Assembly (NCBI RefSeq): GCF_021869535.1
Contig: NW_026262734.1
Coordinates: 40,088,487-40,152,486 of the forward strand
From: Mytilus californianus
Lineage: Eukaryota
Direction: 5' to 3'
DNA length: 64,000 nt
Made by a program: the position numbers and the translations under genes. Positions 1-10,441 of the stretch are shown one piece after another. Under the pieces are notes generated by a model, which ran no database searches, was not told the origin of the DNA, and saw only the letters and a list, made by a program, of their open reading frames with translations. Numbering within the stretch: the first letter of the stretch is position 1; each line of letters opens with the position of its first letter.

Positions 1-147
1 TCATAGGGATTGCAACCCCACTGTAGATGGTTATGTTATTCATCCATGATTGGCAATTTGCTTCTGGTTATACATGTTTAGCTTTACTTTTGGTCTTAGT
101 GGTTTTAAAAGCTCTTCAACGTTTTATTAGGTTTTTGACTTTCAAAT

Positions 148-262
148 ATGTTGTCCTCGAACATCACCGAAGATACTTTAATTGTCGAAATACGCATCTG
201 GTGCAATAAAATAGGTACTGTTAATGTTATTACTACCACTGGGTGGTATCTCTCTTGGTGGA
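148..262. repeat. Conserved ~100-bp dispersed element, copy 1 (other copies at 545-630 and 45790-45900 in reverse orientation)
   Basis: Shared core TTTGTCCTCGAGCATCACTGAAGAG.CATTTATTGTCGAAATGCGCATCTGGTGCAG.AA.ATTGGTA.CGTTAATGTTATT. It falls in short ORFs of differing frames and orientation, so it is probably non-coding. Confidence 0.6.
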
Positions 263-1697
263 CTGCAAGTCCCCGAAGGTATCATCAACCTTGTAGCCAG
301 AACTTCAGTACTAGCATGAAAATACGGATATTGTTCTTTTTAAATTTGCAGCTATAGCATTTCGAAATAGCTACAAAATAAGGAATGTATCTTCTTTGTG
401 TATAGCTCTGATTCCTTGGTCGGATTTGGCTATACTTGTGGTTTCATTTGGTTTTATCGGCTTTCCAACGTTTTTATTAGCAAGGATTTGTATAGTTTAT
501 TTAGTTTCTTACTATACAAATCCTTGGTATTAGGGTTTGGATTCTGTAAACATTTTGTCCTCGAGCATCACTGAAGAGAAAATGCGCATCTGGTGCAGTA
601 AAATTGGTACCATGTATATTGATATTTCCAATGTATATCTATTGTTTGCCCAAACGTTAGACTGCGTTTAGAATTACTGTTCATCCAAACATGCACACTA
701 GCTCATTAGATTTAATCCGAATGATTATCAAATACTCAAAGTTTTAAAACTTGTGACATTAATGCTATTTTTACATGAAATCGGTATTTGTAACAAGTTT
801 TAATAGTTACATCGTGCATAATTACACTTTCCGAAGCTCAATGGTGACGCCCCGTCCCGTTCTTTTATTTTTCACTTGAGTGCTATGACCTAAATATTAC
901 GGTTGAAAAAAAATTTAATATGTTCATGTAGCGTATTTAGCCATTGAAAATATAGTAAGTTTGTATGTAAGAGATTTGAATAATAATTTCATAAACTACT
1001 TTATAAATTTCACGAGTTCTGAATTCATGATATTTCTTTTCATTGTTTATATGTTATTTTAACGTTTTTTTGTGTGAACTTTGCATCAATACGACTCTTG
1101 TGGAAAATGTGCCGAATACTTAAAGAATTCTATACGGAAGGGAGATAATTTGTTTTCCAATCATGCCAGTGATGCAATATTGAAGATTAGTTATCTATAA
1201 ACATTTAATTGTTAAATAAAATATACAAACATAACTCATGGAAATTGATCTCTGAAACATGAATAACAAACAATGTTGTGATGAACTATCAAAATACAAA
1301 AGAAATGTATTGCACATGTACTAAATATTGATAAATTAGTGTGTAAAATGTGACCATAGTCATGATACTTTAAGACTAAGTAAAAACAAATCACATCAAA
1401 TATACAAAGCATACATATTAATCACTTTAACACTATTCCCTTCACATCTAGACAATATAAACAAATCATCACGCCTCTATCACACTTCGTATCAGAGTTT
1501 ATAAATCAAACAACGTCATCAGTATTTATATAAATATAACAAAGATATATCATGTTATACTCAAATTGTTTATAATGTGAGTATCAATAACATATTACAT
1601 TCTCAACAGGTCAATTTTACGTAAAAAATACTCTCTTCACATTAAGGTTCCGCATGCACAACAAGAAATTGTTAACAAGAAAAGCACATTACAATAT

Positions 1698-2042
1698 TTA
1701 TTCATAGCAATCTTCATCGTCGTCAGTCCGTCTTCCCCTCTTTGCTGGCACCATACCACCAATCAAACCATTAGCTGTATTGAACAGATTAATTGGTGTG
1801 CTACCATCTGTGATTAAGGTTGATTTCAGTCCAAGGGACTGCAACATACGGACCTGTTGGTCTGGTCCAGCGGACGCCATGGTTGCCAAGGTATTTGCTC
1901 CAATTGCATCCACCATATTCTTGAATTTGGTTGTCTCGATAGCTGACATTTCCCTAGATTTGCTTAGTTCCATTTCATCTTGTTCTCTCACATATTTTAG
2001 TTCTGCCTCTCTTGCTTGTGTAAGCCGTTCCAATTCAGATTC
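1698..2042 (-). CDS. MVP: MVP exon 12, terminal ([21 protein letters not shown]...[31 protein letters not shown]...DDDEDCYE*; TAA stop at 1700-1698)
   Basis: Acceptor tattttag|GAATCT. Matches the MVP cap-ring C-terminus [30 protein letters not shown]. The 12 exons sum to 2583 nt (860 aa) with all splice phases consistent. Confidence 0.92.
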   Translation of the reverse strand, partial: ESELERLTQAREAELKYVREQDEMELSKSREMSAIETTKFKNMVDAIGANTLATMASAGPDQQVRMLQSLGLKSTLITDGSTPINLFNTANGLIGGMVPAKRGRRTDDDEDCYE

Positions 2043-2417
2043 CTAAAATAAGATTTCATATTGTTGTACTAGCTCTATCTTGAATAATAAAACTTGTCAG
2101 CTTAGTCGAGTTCTATGAGTAGATAGCATGCAATTTTGGTGTAACGTGAAAATTCTAACACCGTAAAGATAATTTCAGATAATAAAAGGACTGTACCAAA
2201 ACAGAACATGGGACATATACAAACTTGGAAACAGTACCATTATTAATTCTATTATATACTGAAATGATTCCAAATACAGTTTGTGTGTGAGCTATTCTTC
2301 ATAACTTCATCAAACGCAAACAGTAAAGCTGTCAAATCTGACTGATTTAAGTTTTGACCTATAAACCACTTATGCCATCAAATACCAGTAAAAGTTTACA
2401 TAAACCCTGCTACTTAC

Positions 2418-2661
2418 TGATTCAATTTTCATTGCCTGTGATTTCAGTTTGGCCTGGTCTACAGCTGCCTCGCCTTCAATCCTGGAAGCTTCAGCTCGAG
2501 ACTGTGCCTCTGCTTTAGCCTGACCAGTACTTTCTACTGCAGCACTGTTTGCCTGTAATTCTAACAATTGTTTCCTGGATTTTTCAGCCTCTGCTTCATC
2601 TGAAATCTTCTGTCTCTCTAATCTTCCTTTAGCTTCTTGTTCTAATCTCTCTGCTTCATGT
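2418..2661 (-). CDS. MVP: MVP exon 11 (cap-helix coiled coil: [82 protein letters not shown])
   Basis: Acceptor catcatag|ACATGA and donor GAATCA|gtaagt. 244 nt. Matches [46 protein letters not shown]. Confidence 0.92.
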
Positions 2662-3439
2662 CTATGATGTGAAAAGCAAACTTTGAGTAATAATGACGAA
2701 TGCAATCTTTATCAATTAACTTATGTCAAAGGAGGTTCTACAATTGTACCCATCAGTCTTAACGGACAGGGGTCATGCTAAAAATGTTCTTTCTGGCATG
2801 GGAAGAGTTTCCATATATAACTATTTTCGTATTAGTTCATTTTGGATGTATGATACATTTCAAGTTTCTCATGAAATGTGATATAATCATTTAAAAGCAC
2901 TCAGACACACAAACAGTCATGCTTAAACTATACATGATCAGTATAAAGAAGTTTTTTTCTATTCTATACAAATCCTTGGTGTACACCAAACGTTACATTA
3001 AAACTAGATCTTCAACTTTTAACGTTTACAGATAAGTTTACTCGGATGATATTGTTTCTATGGATTTTTTTTATCAAATTTGAATGTTCTGCAAACAGTA
3101 TACTCCGACTACTGAAACTTATCATCCACATATTGTTGGTTCACAGCCAATTCTACTTAATATGTCTATGTGTCACTAACGATGTCTATAATAGTAGATA
3201 TTTTGTATATCCTCTAGTAAGTCTACAACGGTTACATTATAATACTTCTGATGACCTAGCAGACATACAATGTCAGTTATCAGACAAATACATTCATTTA
3301 CACATGGCTGGTGCACTTCTGAATCAATTCCGAGGCAACAGTAGTTTACTAGACCTGGAAAATGCCTAGAATTGTACTTTTCGAATATGCCCCAGCTTCT
3401 TGCAAGTTTGTTTGGTCATAAATACCCAAGTTTATAAAT

Positions 3440-3510
3440 TACCTACCTTGTAACAGCTTCCTGTGAGTTTAATGTGCATTCAATGGCTAGCTGTACCGAT
3501 TTCTGTAGAG
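3440..3510. repeat. MVP intron 10 starts with a ~71-bp diverged duplicate of the exon-10 3' end plus donor
   Basis: On the minus strand, 3440-3510 reads CTCTACAGAAATCGGTACAGCTAGCCATTGAATGCACATTAAACTCACAGGAAGCTGTTACAAG|GTAGGT. The real exon end at 3519-3590 reads CTTACAGAAATCTGTACAGCTGGCCATTGAAATCACAACAAACTCACAGGAAGCTACTGCAAG|GTAAGT. Confidence 0.8.
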
Positions 3511-3518
3511 TTACTTAC

Positions 3519-3730
3519 CTTGCAGTAGCTTCCTGTGAGTTTGTTGTGATTTCAATGGCCAGCTGTACAGATTTCTGTAAGGCATCTCTTGTTCTCTGAT
3601 CTACAGGCTCCACCGATTGGATATCAATACTGGTGAATACCAAGTTGTTCTGTGGGAATCTAAACGTTCCTCGAACTTTTCCTTTCTCATCAAAACCAAA
3701 TACTGAAGATCTGATGATTCTTGCAGAATT
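3519..3730 (-). CDS. MVP: MVP exon 10 ([70 protein letters not shown])
   Basis: Acceptor ttttag|AATTCT and donor GCAAG|gtaagt, phase 2. 212 nt. Matches NSARIIRTAVFGFE...[37 protein letters not shown]. Confidence 0.92.
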
Positions 3731-4008
3731 CTAAAATGAAAGAATGTATTTCTTTTAAGCTGACTTTTGATTTTATAGGCTCCTACGTTTCTACAAATTT
3801 ACACATCATGGCTTTCAAAAGTTTGTGTTTGGGCGTTTATGATGTAGGTAAATCCAAAAAAGCGCTTCGAACACACTTAATTGATACAGTCTTACACCCA
3901 TTTAAGAAAATGTTTTAGGTTCCCATCATGAGTGGGTTGGAGTGTGCCCTCATTCAAATATCATTTTCCTAAAAAACCGACCATTTCCTGTACAAAGATA
4001 ATGCTTAC

Positions 4009-4351
4009 CTTATGGAAATCATCAAACTGTACTTGTGCTACGGCCCCTCTGACACGGGAGGCTATAGCCTTGCAGGCATCTCCAATGAAATCTGGTACAC
4101 TGAAAATCTTAGCAGCCTCTGCTTTATCTTCTTTGCTCTCAATTTCAAAGTGCCAGTTGTACGACAGCTGTAAAGACAGTCTTGCATGGTCAGATGTTTC
4201 TACAGTAATGATGTCAGTACTGAAGTCCGGTCCGAGAAACAAACACAGAGATTTAATAACATTGTTTTTCTTTGGTTTGCCACCAGAAAGGCTTAGCTTT
4301 GTGAATTGTTCATCAGGACCCAATAAAACCAATTCGGGACCAAAAACCACT
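4009..4351 (-). CDS. MVP: MVP exon 9 ([69 protein letters not shown]...[32 protein letters not shown])
   Basis: Acceptor cgttacag|AGTGGT and donor CATAAG|gtaagc. 343 nt. Matches the MVP shoulder domain nearly residue for residue ([29 protein letters not shown]). Confidence 0.93.
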
Positions 4352-4674
4352 CTGTAACGAAAGATTAAATTATTGTTTTATAATATAACTTGCATGTCAT
4401 TATCTTGTCCTACATATTGTTAGATACAACGATTAGTCAAACCCTTTCCTGAATTGAGGCTAGGAACAGTCAAATTATAATGACTACTTTTGAGAAAATT
4501 TTAATAATTTTTGTTTTCAGTTTACATCAAAAACATGAACATGTTACATGTTTGAGTATATATGTCTCAATAATATATCACTGTCTTTAAAAATGTACAA
4601 TATTTGATCATTTCTGAACGTAGGTTATAATTGAAAATTCCTTGAGGTATAAATTACAAATGTTATCAGTATAC

Positions 4675-4916
4675 CTAGCTTTCTTTTCTTTATAATCGTA
4701 AATCTGTACAGCAGCATTGTGTGGAACTCGGAACGTGATTACACGTGTTTTGTCTCGTGGTTTTGATGCCTCACTTCCTGGTTTTGGCCCTCTCTCGCCA
4801 AAGGCCTGTGGATTTTTTGCCTCTGCCAGCAGTGTCTCGACTGCAGGAGGAAGTTCCTTGGCCCATAATTCCTCGTCCTGATTTAACATGTAAGTTTCTC
4901 CAGTTACAGCTCTGAC
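4675..4916 (-). CDS. MVP: MVP exon 8 ([30 protein letters not shown]...[25 protein letters not shown])
   Basis: Acceptor ttttag|GTCAGA and donor GCTAG|gtatac, phase 2. 242 nt. Matches [24 protein letters not shown]...[24 protein letters not shown]. Confidence 0.9.
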
Positions 4917-5554
4917 CTAAAAATTGCATTAGTACTTGATATGACAAGGTAATAAATAATAATATATGCTTTAAACAATCAAGGTATCTAAGCTCTGTTT
5001 ATATTCAGTTATTTTTACAGACTAAGGAATGTTGCATTTGATGTCTTAAATCATTACTTTTTCACATTGATGTTCAATATAACTGCATTACCAAATATCA
5101 AACTATCAACTGACTTCTGAAAGAAAGATACACACATTTCAATAGACCACTTTCGAGTTCGTCGCATTGCCATCAAAAACTGGTTTTAGTGAACATCATT
5201 CGTGCGTTATGGGGTGTCGTCACTTCCTTCACATGTTGAGCGAGCGGTTGAAAAAAATATGATTCTATATTGCACGAACCATTCGGCAAATTAATTTCTT
5301 TTAATTGATAATCAGCACTGCTATCGTTAGGGAATTGTGACTAAGTACCTACGGAATAAACATTATTTCTAGTTTATCCTGCACATGTGACGACCACGAA
5401 GACGCTTGATGAACTTTAATAGTGCAGGGATACAGGCGATACCCTGTATCTGGTAAATGACGTCATAAAGGCTCGCATAATTGAAGAACTTTTCCGGTGA
5501 AGGAAATAACTCGAAAGGGGTCGATTTGTTGAACATAAAAACAGTATGACAAAC

Positions 5555-5704
5555 CTTTCCAGTTTTGATACATCTGACATAGATACCCTCATTTTCATCC
5601 AGTGGCAGTGCAGTTCTCTTCATGGTAACCTCTACCTCCACAGGTGGCACGTACTCTGCTGGTCCCCGAATCATCCATTTATCTCCTGGTTTTCGTTCTA
5701 TTTT
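5555..5704 (-). CDS. MVP: MVP exon 7 ([50 protein letters not shown])
   Basis: Acceptor ttttctag|AAAATA and donor GGAAAG|gtttgt. 150 nt. Matches [50 protein letters not shown]. Confidence 0.92.
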
Positions 5705-6147
5705 CTAGAAAAATAAGCCTTAGTCATTAGAAATATATATCCAGTAAAAACAAAATAAACGGAACACAGCAATTATAATTTGCATTAATACCACCTACAA
5801 AAAGAAATAATCGCAAAACTGTTTTTAAACAAATCAATATTTGCATTCAGACATTTATCAGTAATAAATGTGTTCCCAGAATAAGTACTGACAAGGGAGT
5901 AATAGAAGTAATACCATAGGCACTGGCCTTTGAAATTTTAAGCATATGTATACTAGCATTCAGGCATACTTCACGTGATTGCAATAACAGCTTGATGAGA
6001 AATTCTTTTTCACAAGCTTGGGTCATTTTCTCTGTTTACTTAGAATATTTTGTTTAAATGTTTTGGTATAATTACAGACAACCAATCACAAAACGAATGA
6101 ACGAACACGTGACCTAAATATTTAATAGTGTTCAGAGTTAAACTTAC

Positions 6148-6273
6148 AGCATCTTTATCAATGAATGATTCTGTGGCTCTCAGGATAACACCTTCATCTT
6201 CACCAAGTACATACACATTTTGAATTCCTCTCTCAAATCGTTCTCCAGGGAGTAAAAAGAAAGAACATTCACC
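6148..6273 (-). CDS. MVP: MVP exon 6 ([42 protein letters not shown])
   Basis: Acceptor gttttag|GGTGAA and donor GATGCT|gtaagt. 126 nt. Matches [35 protein letters not shown]. Confidence 0.9.
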
Positions 6274-6811
6274 CTAAAACATACAATGTGAAATGAGAAA
6301 AACTATTTACTGAGGAAATTAAGAAAGACACAACTGATTAAAACATTACAGTTAAATGAAAGAACAACCTTCTGCTATCAATTTATTCTCTTTATATTAA
6401 TAAAAATCAAATTTTCCCAGAATGTAACATTTGGATACGAATACAAAGACAATTACTCTTTTGGAGCTTGTAAAAATGAAATGCCCCCCACCCTATCTTA
6501 AGATTTTGTTTGCAAGTGTTGATACATTTCTGTTTTTTTTTCTCCATTGGTGTTTTTTTCTGGATTTTAGCTTGACATTCAAAATAATCATTTCAGTAGA
6601 TGTCAATAAATTAGCTGCTTTTTTTACATCCTACATTACATCAGGGTGCTTTGGCCACGGTTAAAACTACCCCTATTTACATAAACCCGTTTCATCTTGT
6701 CAACTTAGTAATGTCATACTTAATATCATCTAATAGCTCAAAGACATGCCTTTGATTAACCTCGGTAGTACAGTACATTACCTCTGCTAGGTCATGAAAA
6801 AATTAATTTAC

Positions 6812-6922
6812 CTTTACTAATTTCTTTCTACCAAGCTGTAGTCTGCCATGTTCATCGGAAGGATCAAGGATGATACAATATTGTCTAGAGGTTAGTGTGG
6901 TGATGTTCACGACTCCGACAAC
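6812..6922 (-). CDS. MVP: MVP exon 5 (VVGVVNITTLTSRQYCIILDPSDEHGRLQLGRKKLVK)
   Basis: Acceptor ttttcag|GTTGTC and donor GTAAAG|gtaaat. 111 nt. Matches [38 protein letters not shown]. Confidence 0.9.
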
Positions 6923-7430
6923 CTGAAAAATCAACATATAACCGTCATGGTCTTTATGGTTTATCAGAAAACTAGGAAACTTTTCCTCAGCAGTAACAAC
7001 TATTTCTTTTCAGTAGGCGATTAGTTTCAGTTTTCCTAATACATTGGCCTTACTAAACCATCGAGGCACTAGTAACTATGAAGACTCTGGATTAACCCGT
7101 TTTGGACATAGCAGTTTTGACGTATTTGACGGAATAAACCAAAGTGTGAAAAAAAGTTTTGCTTGATTTGTTTGTTCCAGTACACTTTATTGAGTTGTAC
7201 TCAAATCGTTCAAATTTACAAATATTCTAATCTCTATTTGACTCAATTGGTACTTTTCTAGAGCAGTACTTCTTAACCTAGTCTGAACTGTATCTAGGAT
7301 GGATCTCCAAAAACACTCAACCAAAGAGAAGATGTGTTCTCCAAAAAGAGTTTTCCTTCATTAAGCGCAAATAATAATAGTTGGTCATTCCATATTCCAT
7401 TTCATGTTAAACCACTTATTTAAATCCAGT

Positions 7431-7544
7431 ACATACCTCTTCATACACATTAGGTATGTGTGTTTATTATTACACCAGTAAGGAACATACCTCTACATAC
7501 ACATTAGGTATGTGTGTTAATTATTACACCAGTAAGGCACATAC
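7431..7544. repeat. MVP intron 4 starts with two 54-bp tandem copies of [last 22 nt of exon 4 + GTATGT donor + 26 nt of intron]
   Basis: Three units at 7431, 7485 and 7539 read ACATACCTCT(T/A)CATACACATTAGGTATGTGTGTT... The third overlaps the real exon end at 7545. Each intronic copy carries an intact GAG|GTATGT on the minus strand. Confidence 0.85.
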
Positions 7545-7670
7545 CTCTTCATACACATTAGGTATGTGTGTTTCTGTGTCGGTCATTTTGATCAACCATT
7601 CCTCTCCGTTCTTCCTGGTTACACCAAAGTCATCTTTAAATGTTCTCAATGATATCATATGAAGGGCTTT
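7545..7670 (-). CDS. MVP: MVP exon 4 (KALHMISLRTFKDDFGVTRKNGEEWLIKMTDTETHIPNVYEE)
   Basis: Acceptor ttatcttgcag|AAAGCC and donor GAAGAG|gtatgt. 126 nt. Matches the MVP segment [40 protein letters not shown]. Confidence 0.9.
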
Positions 7671-8242
7671 CTGCAAGATAACACCATACATTTTAATGCT
7701 GACTAATGTCTTGTACCTTATTAAAATGGTGATCAATTATGTCAAATTAACTTTAATGAGTAGTAAATTGTTTGTTTCAATTATGTTGCATTTTCGTTCT
7801 GTCTGTTATCTAATATCTTAAGGATACTAGTGTTTGATCTTTTTTTTCCGTCCACAATTTACAATGCAATGTATTTAAAAAATAAATGGGGAATGTGACC
7901 ATGGGACACAGATGATGCCCCCGCTTGTATAATAACGTTATAAAGGGACATAACCCAAGAACGATTAAGAGTTCAAACAATCACATCCTCAAATAAAATT
8001 TTCATTGGTTGAATGCATGGAATGTTATCAATGCGTTATGTAAAAAGTAGTGATAAAATCCGGAAAATTGATAACTATCAAGCTAGCATCATAAGGGTTT
8101 TGACTGCATTAATGCAATCTTACCCCAAGAAAAACCTGAAACACTTACTGACTGATCATAGATCTATTTAGAACTCTTGCTTCACCTTAAAATATCACAC
8201 CTTATTTTTATTGCCACTTCATCTGAATGAAACTATATTTAC

Positions 8243-8593
8243 CTTATCTGTTAAAACATAAGCGTTGACAACATCTACGACTTCTTCATAAGCTCCTGGG
8301 AGGTAAGCTCCAGTCTTCTTTACCAGCCATTCCTCACCAGTTACCCTAGCAACACCTTGTCTGTCAATAGTCTCCTTCCTAGCCCGCAATCTTATGGCCT
8401 GGTTAGGTCTAATGACTGTGGCCCTGACAGTCTCCTCAATAACAGCCTCCTTCCTTGGGATATATGTTCCTGGTCCTTCAAATAGCCACTCATCCCCAGC
8501 TGTTCTCTTTTCCTCATCATCATCTTCAAAGTCAAGAATAGCTCTGAGACGAAGAGCTGAGTTGGCTGCTACCACTTTCAGGGCGGTTACAAC
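8243..8593 (-). CDS. MVP: MVP exon 3 ([24 protein letters not shown]...[17 protein letters not shown]...[34 protein letters not shown])
   Basis: Acceptor tttatag|GTTGTA and donor GATAAG|gtaaat. 351 nt, phase 0 at both ends. Contains the canonical MVP repeat motifs [14 protein letters not shown] and TGEEWLV. Confidence 0.92.
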
Positions 8594-8870
8594 CTATAAA
8601 CAACAAGCAAGAAAATCAAATCAGCTGCTACCAATGTCATTAGGTTATAACGTATAAACAAATAGGGAGAAAATCCAATAAACTGCAATTACTTTCAACG
8701 GTGATACACCTATAAACAACAAAGGAGAAAAATCAAATCAGCTGCTACTTCATTTAGGTAGGCTACAACCAATAAACAACAAGGGGGAAATCAAATCAGT
8801 TACTGCCACTATTTTTTAGAGGAGTTACAACCTACAAACAACAAAGGAGGAAACTTATTGGTGACAACGA
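8594..8870. repeat. MVP intron 2: ~60-bp tandem repeat x5 whose unit begins with a copy of the exon-3 acceptor junction
   Basis: Units at 8585, 8646, 8706, 8765 and 8827 begin ACAACCTATAAACAACAA, the reverse complement of ttgttgtttatag|GTTGT (polypyrimidine tract, AG and first exon bases). Copies at 8706 and 8827 retain AG. Confidence 0.85.
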
Positions 8871-9219
8871 ATGGGTCAGCCGTGGAGGTGATATCATTGA
8901 AAGTCAATGAGAATTCATAATAACTTTCCTTTCTTCATTATGCTAATTGCAAATATTACTAGTATATCATGTAACCAATGAGCTGTAAAGCTTAAGATAT
9001 TAAAGTATATATACTACTTAACCCTGATCAGTAATATGTTACTGAAGATGCCCACAAGAACCATTTTAGGGGAACCCATGCCCAAAAGCTTGAATTAAAA
9101 CATCAAGTATTAAATGTGTATTTTCGACAAGTAATAATTATTCATTTACATTTAGTCTAACCACTATATGCTGTTCATTGCTAGATCAAATCTGGCACAT
9201 GTTATCACTAATATCATAC

Positions 9220-9415
9220 CTGTTTCAGTACTTCTCCAGGATACAAAGGGAAAGGATCCTGTGCCAATCTAATCTCTTGGTCAGCATGTACAAGTTTGGC
9301 CTGTCCACTTTCATCAAAGACAACTTTAGATTCTTTGTCCCTCAGTACCGGGTTTTCTACGATACAATAATGCCTTGGGGGTACAGTGATCATACGCTCT
9401 GGTCCATATACCACT
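9220..9415 (-). CDS. MVP: MVP exon 2 ([23 protein letters not shown]...[16 protein letters not shown])
   Basis: Acceptor tttacag|A and donor CAG|gtatga. Strong similarity to MVP repeat domain 1 ([10 protein letters not shown]...[18 protein letters not shown]). Confidence 0.9.
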
Positions 9416-9773
9416 CTGTAAATATCAATACACATTACATGTAGTATATCCAGCTTATTACGGTATTGACTTTGAAAAATATAACCTGATAAAAATTTAC
9501 TTTAAATTTGCCTGACCTGTCTTACATATGATATGCCGCAAGTCGATCTTGTCAATATTAAGTTTGACCAGTTTCATGGCCGGTAATGTAACATTGAATC
9601 TCATTTCGGCAGTGTACTCTGTCCTTTTGGTGTAATAAAAATCCACGATAACTTTTCCCTAAGGTTGTACTTCTGACGTAATAAACACACTAGTGTGAGG
9701 AAGATATACACTAGGACAATTCATTTACCGGAAATTCTACTCACCGGAATAAATAGGCTATAGTAATACTTAC

Positions 9774-9910
9774 TTTTCATTGTCTTGTCTGACAAATGTC
9801 TGTGGACCAATCTCAAGTCTTGTAACATTGAGATTCTGGTCTAGAACATGGAGGTAAAAATAAGGAGGGATTCTGTATATTGATTCATCTCCCCGCCTTG
9901 AAGTCGACAT
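9774..9910 (-). CDS. MVP: major vault protein exon 1 (start codon at 9910-9908; [46 protein letters not shown]; GTAAGT donor)
   Basis: Translation aligns with MVP N-terminus ([41 protein letters not shown]). The donor is AA|gtaagt, phase 2, and joins in frame to exon 2. Confidence 0.85.
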
Positions 9911-10159
9911 TGTGGATGACTTTCTGTTTAGCTCTGCAATAATACAAGTTCCTTTTAAATTGTTGATTTGAAACTATCGATTACTAAAACAAAGTCTTGT
10001 TAGAGAGCAGTGATTATATATGTCTATTAGTGTGCGAGTGTCTCAAGTGTTATGTTAAATGTCTGCTATTACGGTTTCTCGCTTGTTTAAACATACTATT
10101 CATAAATATTCACCCTTACAATACTGCATATAAAATTCGTCCCTCCGTTCTATTTTAAC

Positions 10160-10300
10160 CAGAGGCGGATCTAGGGGGCCCGGGGAACCCGCCCACCCCC
10201 TAAGTTATGGAGCGCTTCATTTATGGTTATACCAGAATTTTTAGCGGTTCCTCTACAATTTTTTTCTTGTTTGGGCCCACCACCCCCTTTTCAACTTTGA
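10160..10300. promoter_or_regulatory. GC-rich island ~250-390 bp upstream of the MVP start codon (minus-strand sense), candidate promoter-proximal region
   Basis: GGCGGATCTAGGGGGCCCGGGGAACCCGCCCACCCCC and GGGCCCACCACCCCC form a local GC-rich block with CCGCCC-type boxes in otherwise AT-rich DNA. Position relative to MVP exon 1 is the only support. Confidence 0.25.
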
Positions 10301-10441
10301 TAATCTGATAACTTCATATTACCAACTTTGAATATGTTTGTTCATAAAGTGTGAGCTTCTGTTTTAGAATGAGCGAGCGAGATGATAGATGTAAAGCTTA
10401 CGGCACTGATATGATTTAAAGAATACATTGTGATAGTAATG

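Noticed and set aside
148-357. 69-aa ORF (MLSSNITEDTLIVEIRIWCNKIGTVNVITTTGWY...) as a gene
   Set aside because: The conserved part of this ORF is a dispersed ~100-bp element found in other frames and orientations elsewhere (545-630; 45790-45900), so the apparent conservation is at DNA level, not protein level.
866-871. Polyadenylation signal for MVP (TTTATT on plus, i.e. AATAAA on minus, ~830 nt 3' of the stop)
   Set aside because: There are many A/T-rich hexamers in this region and no way to choose between them without transcript ends, so it is not called.
3046-4357. Plus-strand ORFs 3046-3369, 3721-3918, 3932-4357 and 8394-8657
   Set aside because: They lie in MVP introns or are antisense to MVP exons 9 and 3. 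Their frames stay open only because of the coding strand opposite.
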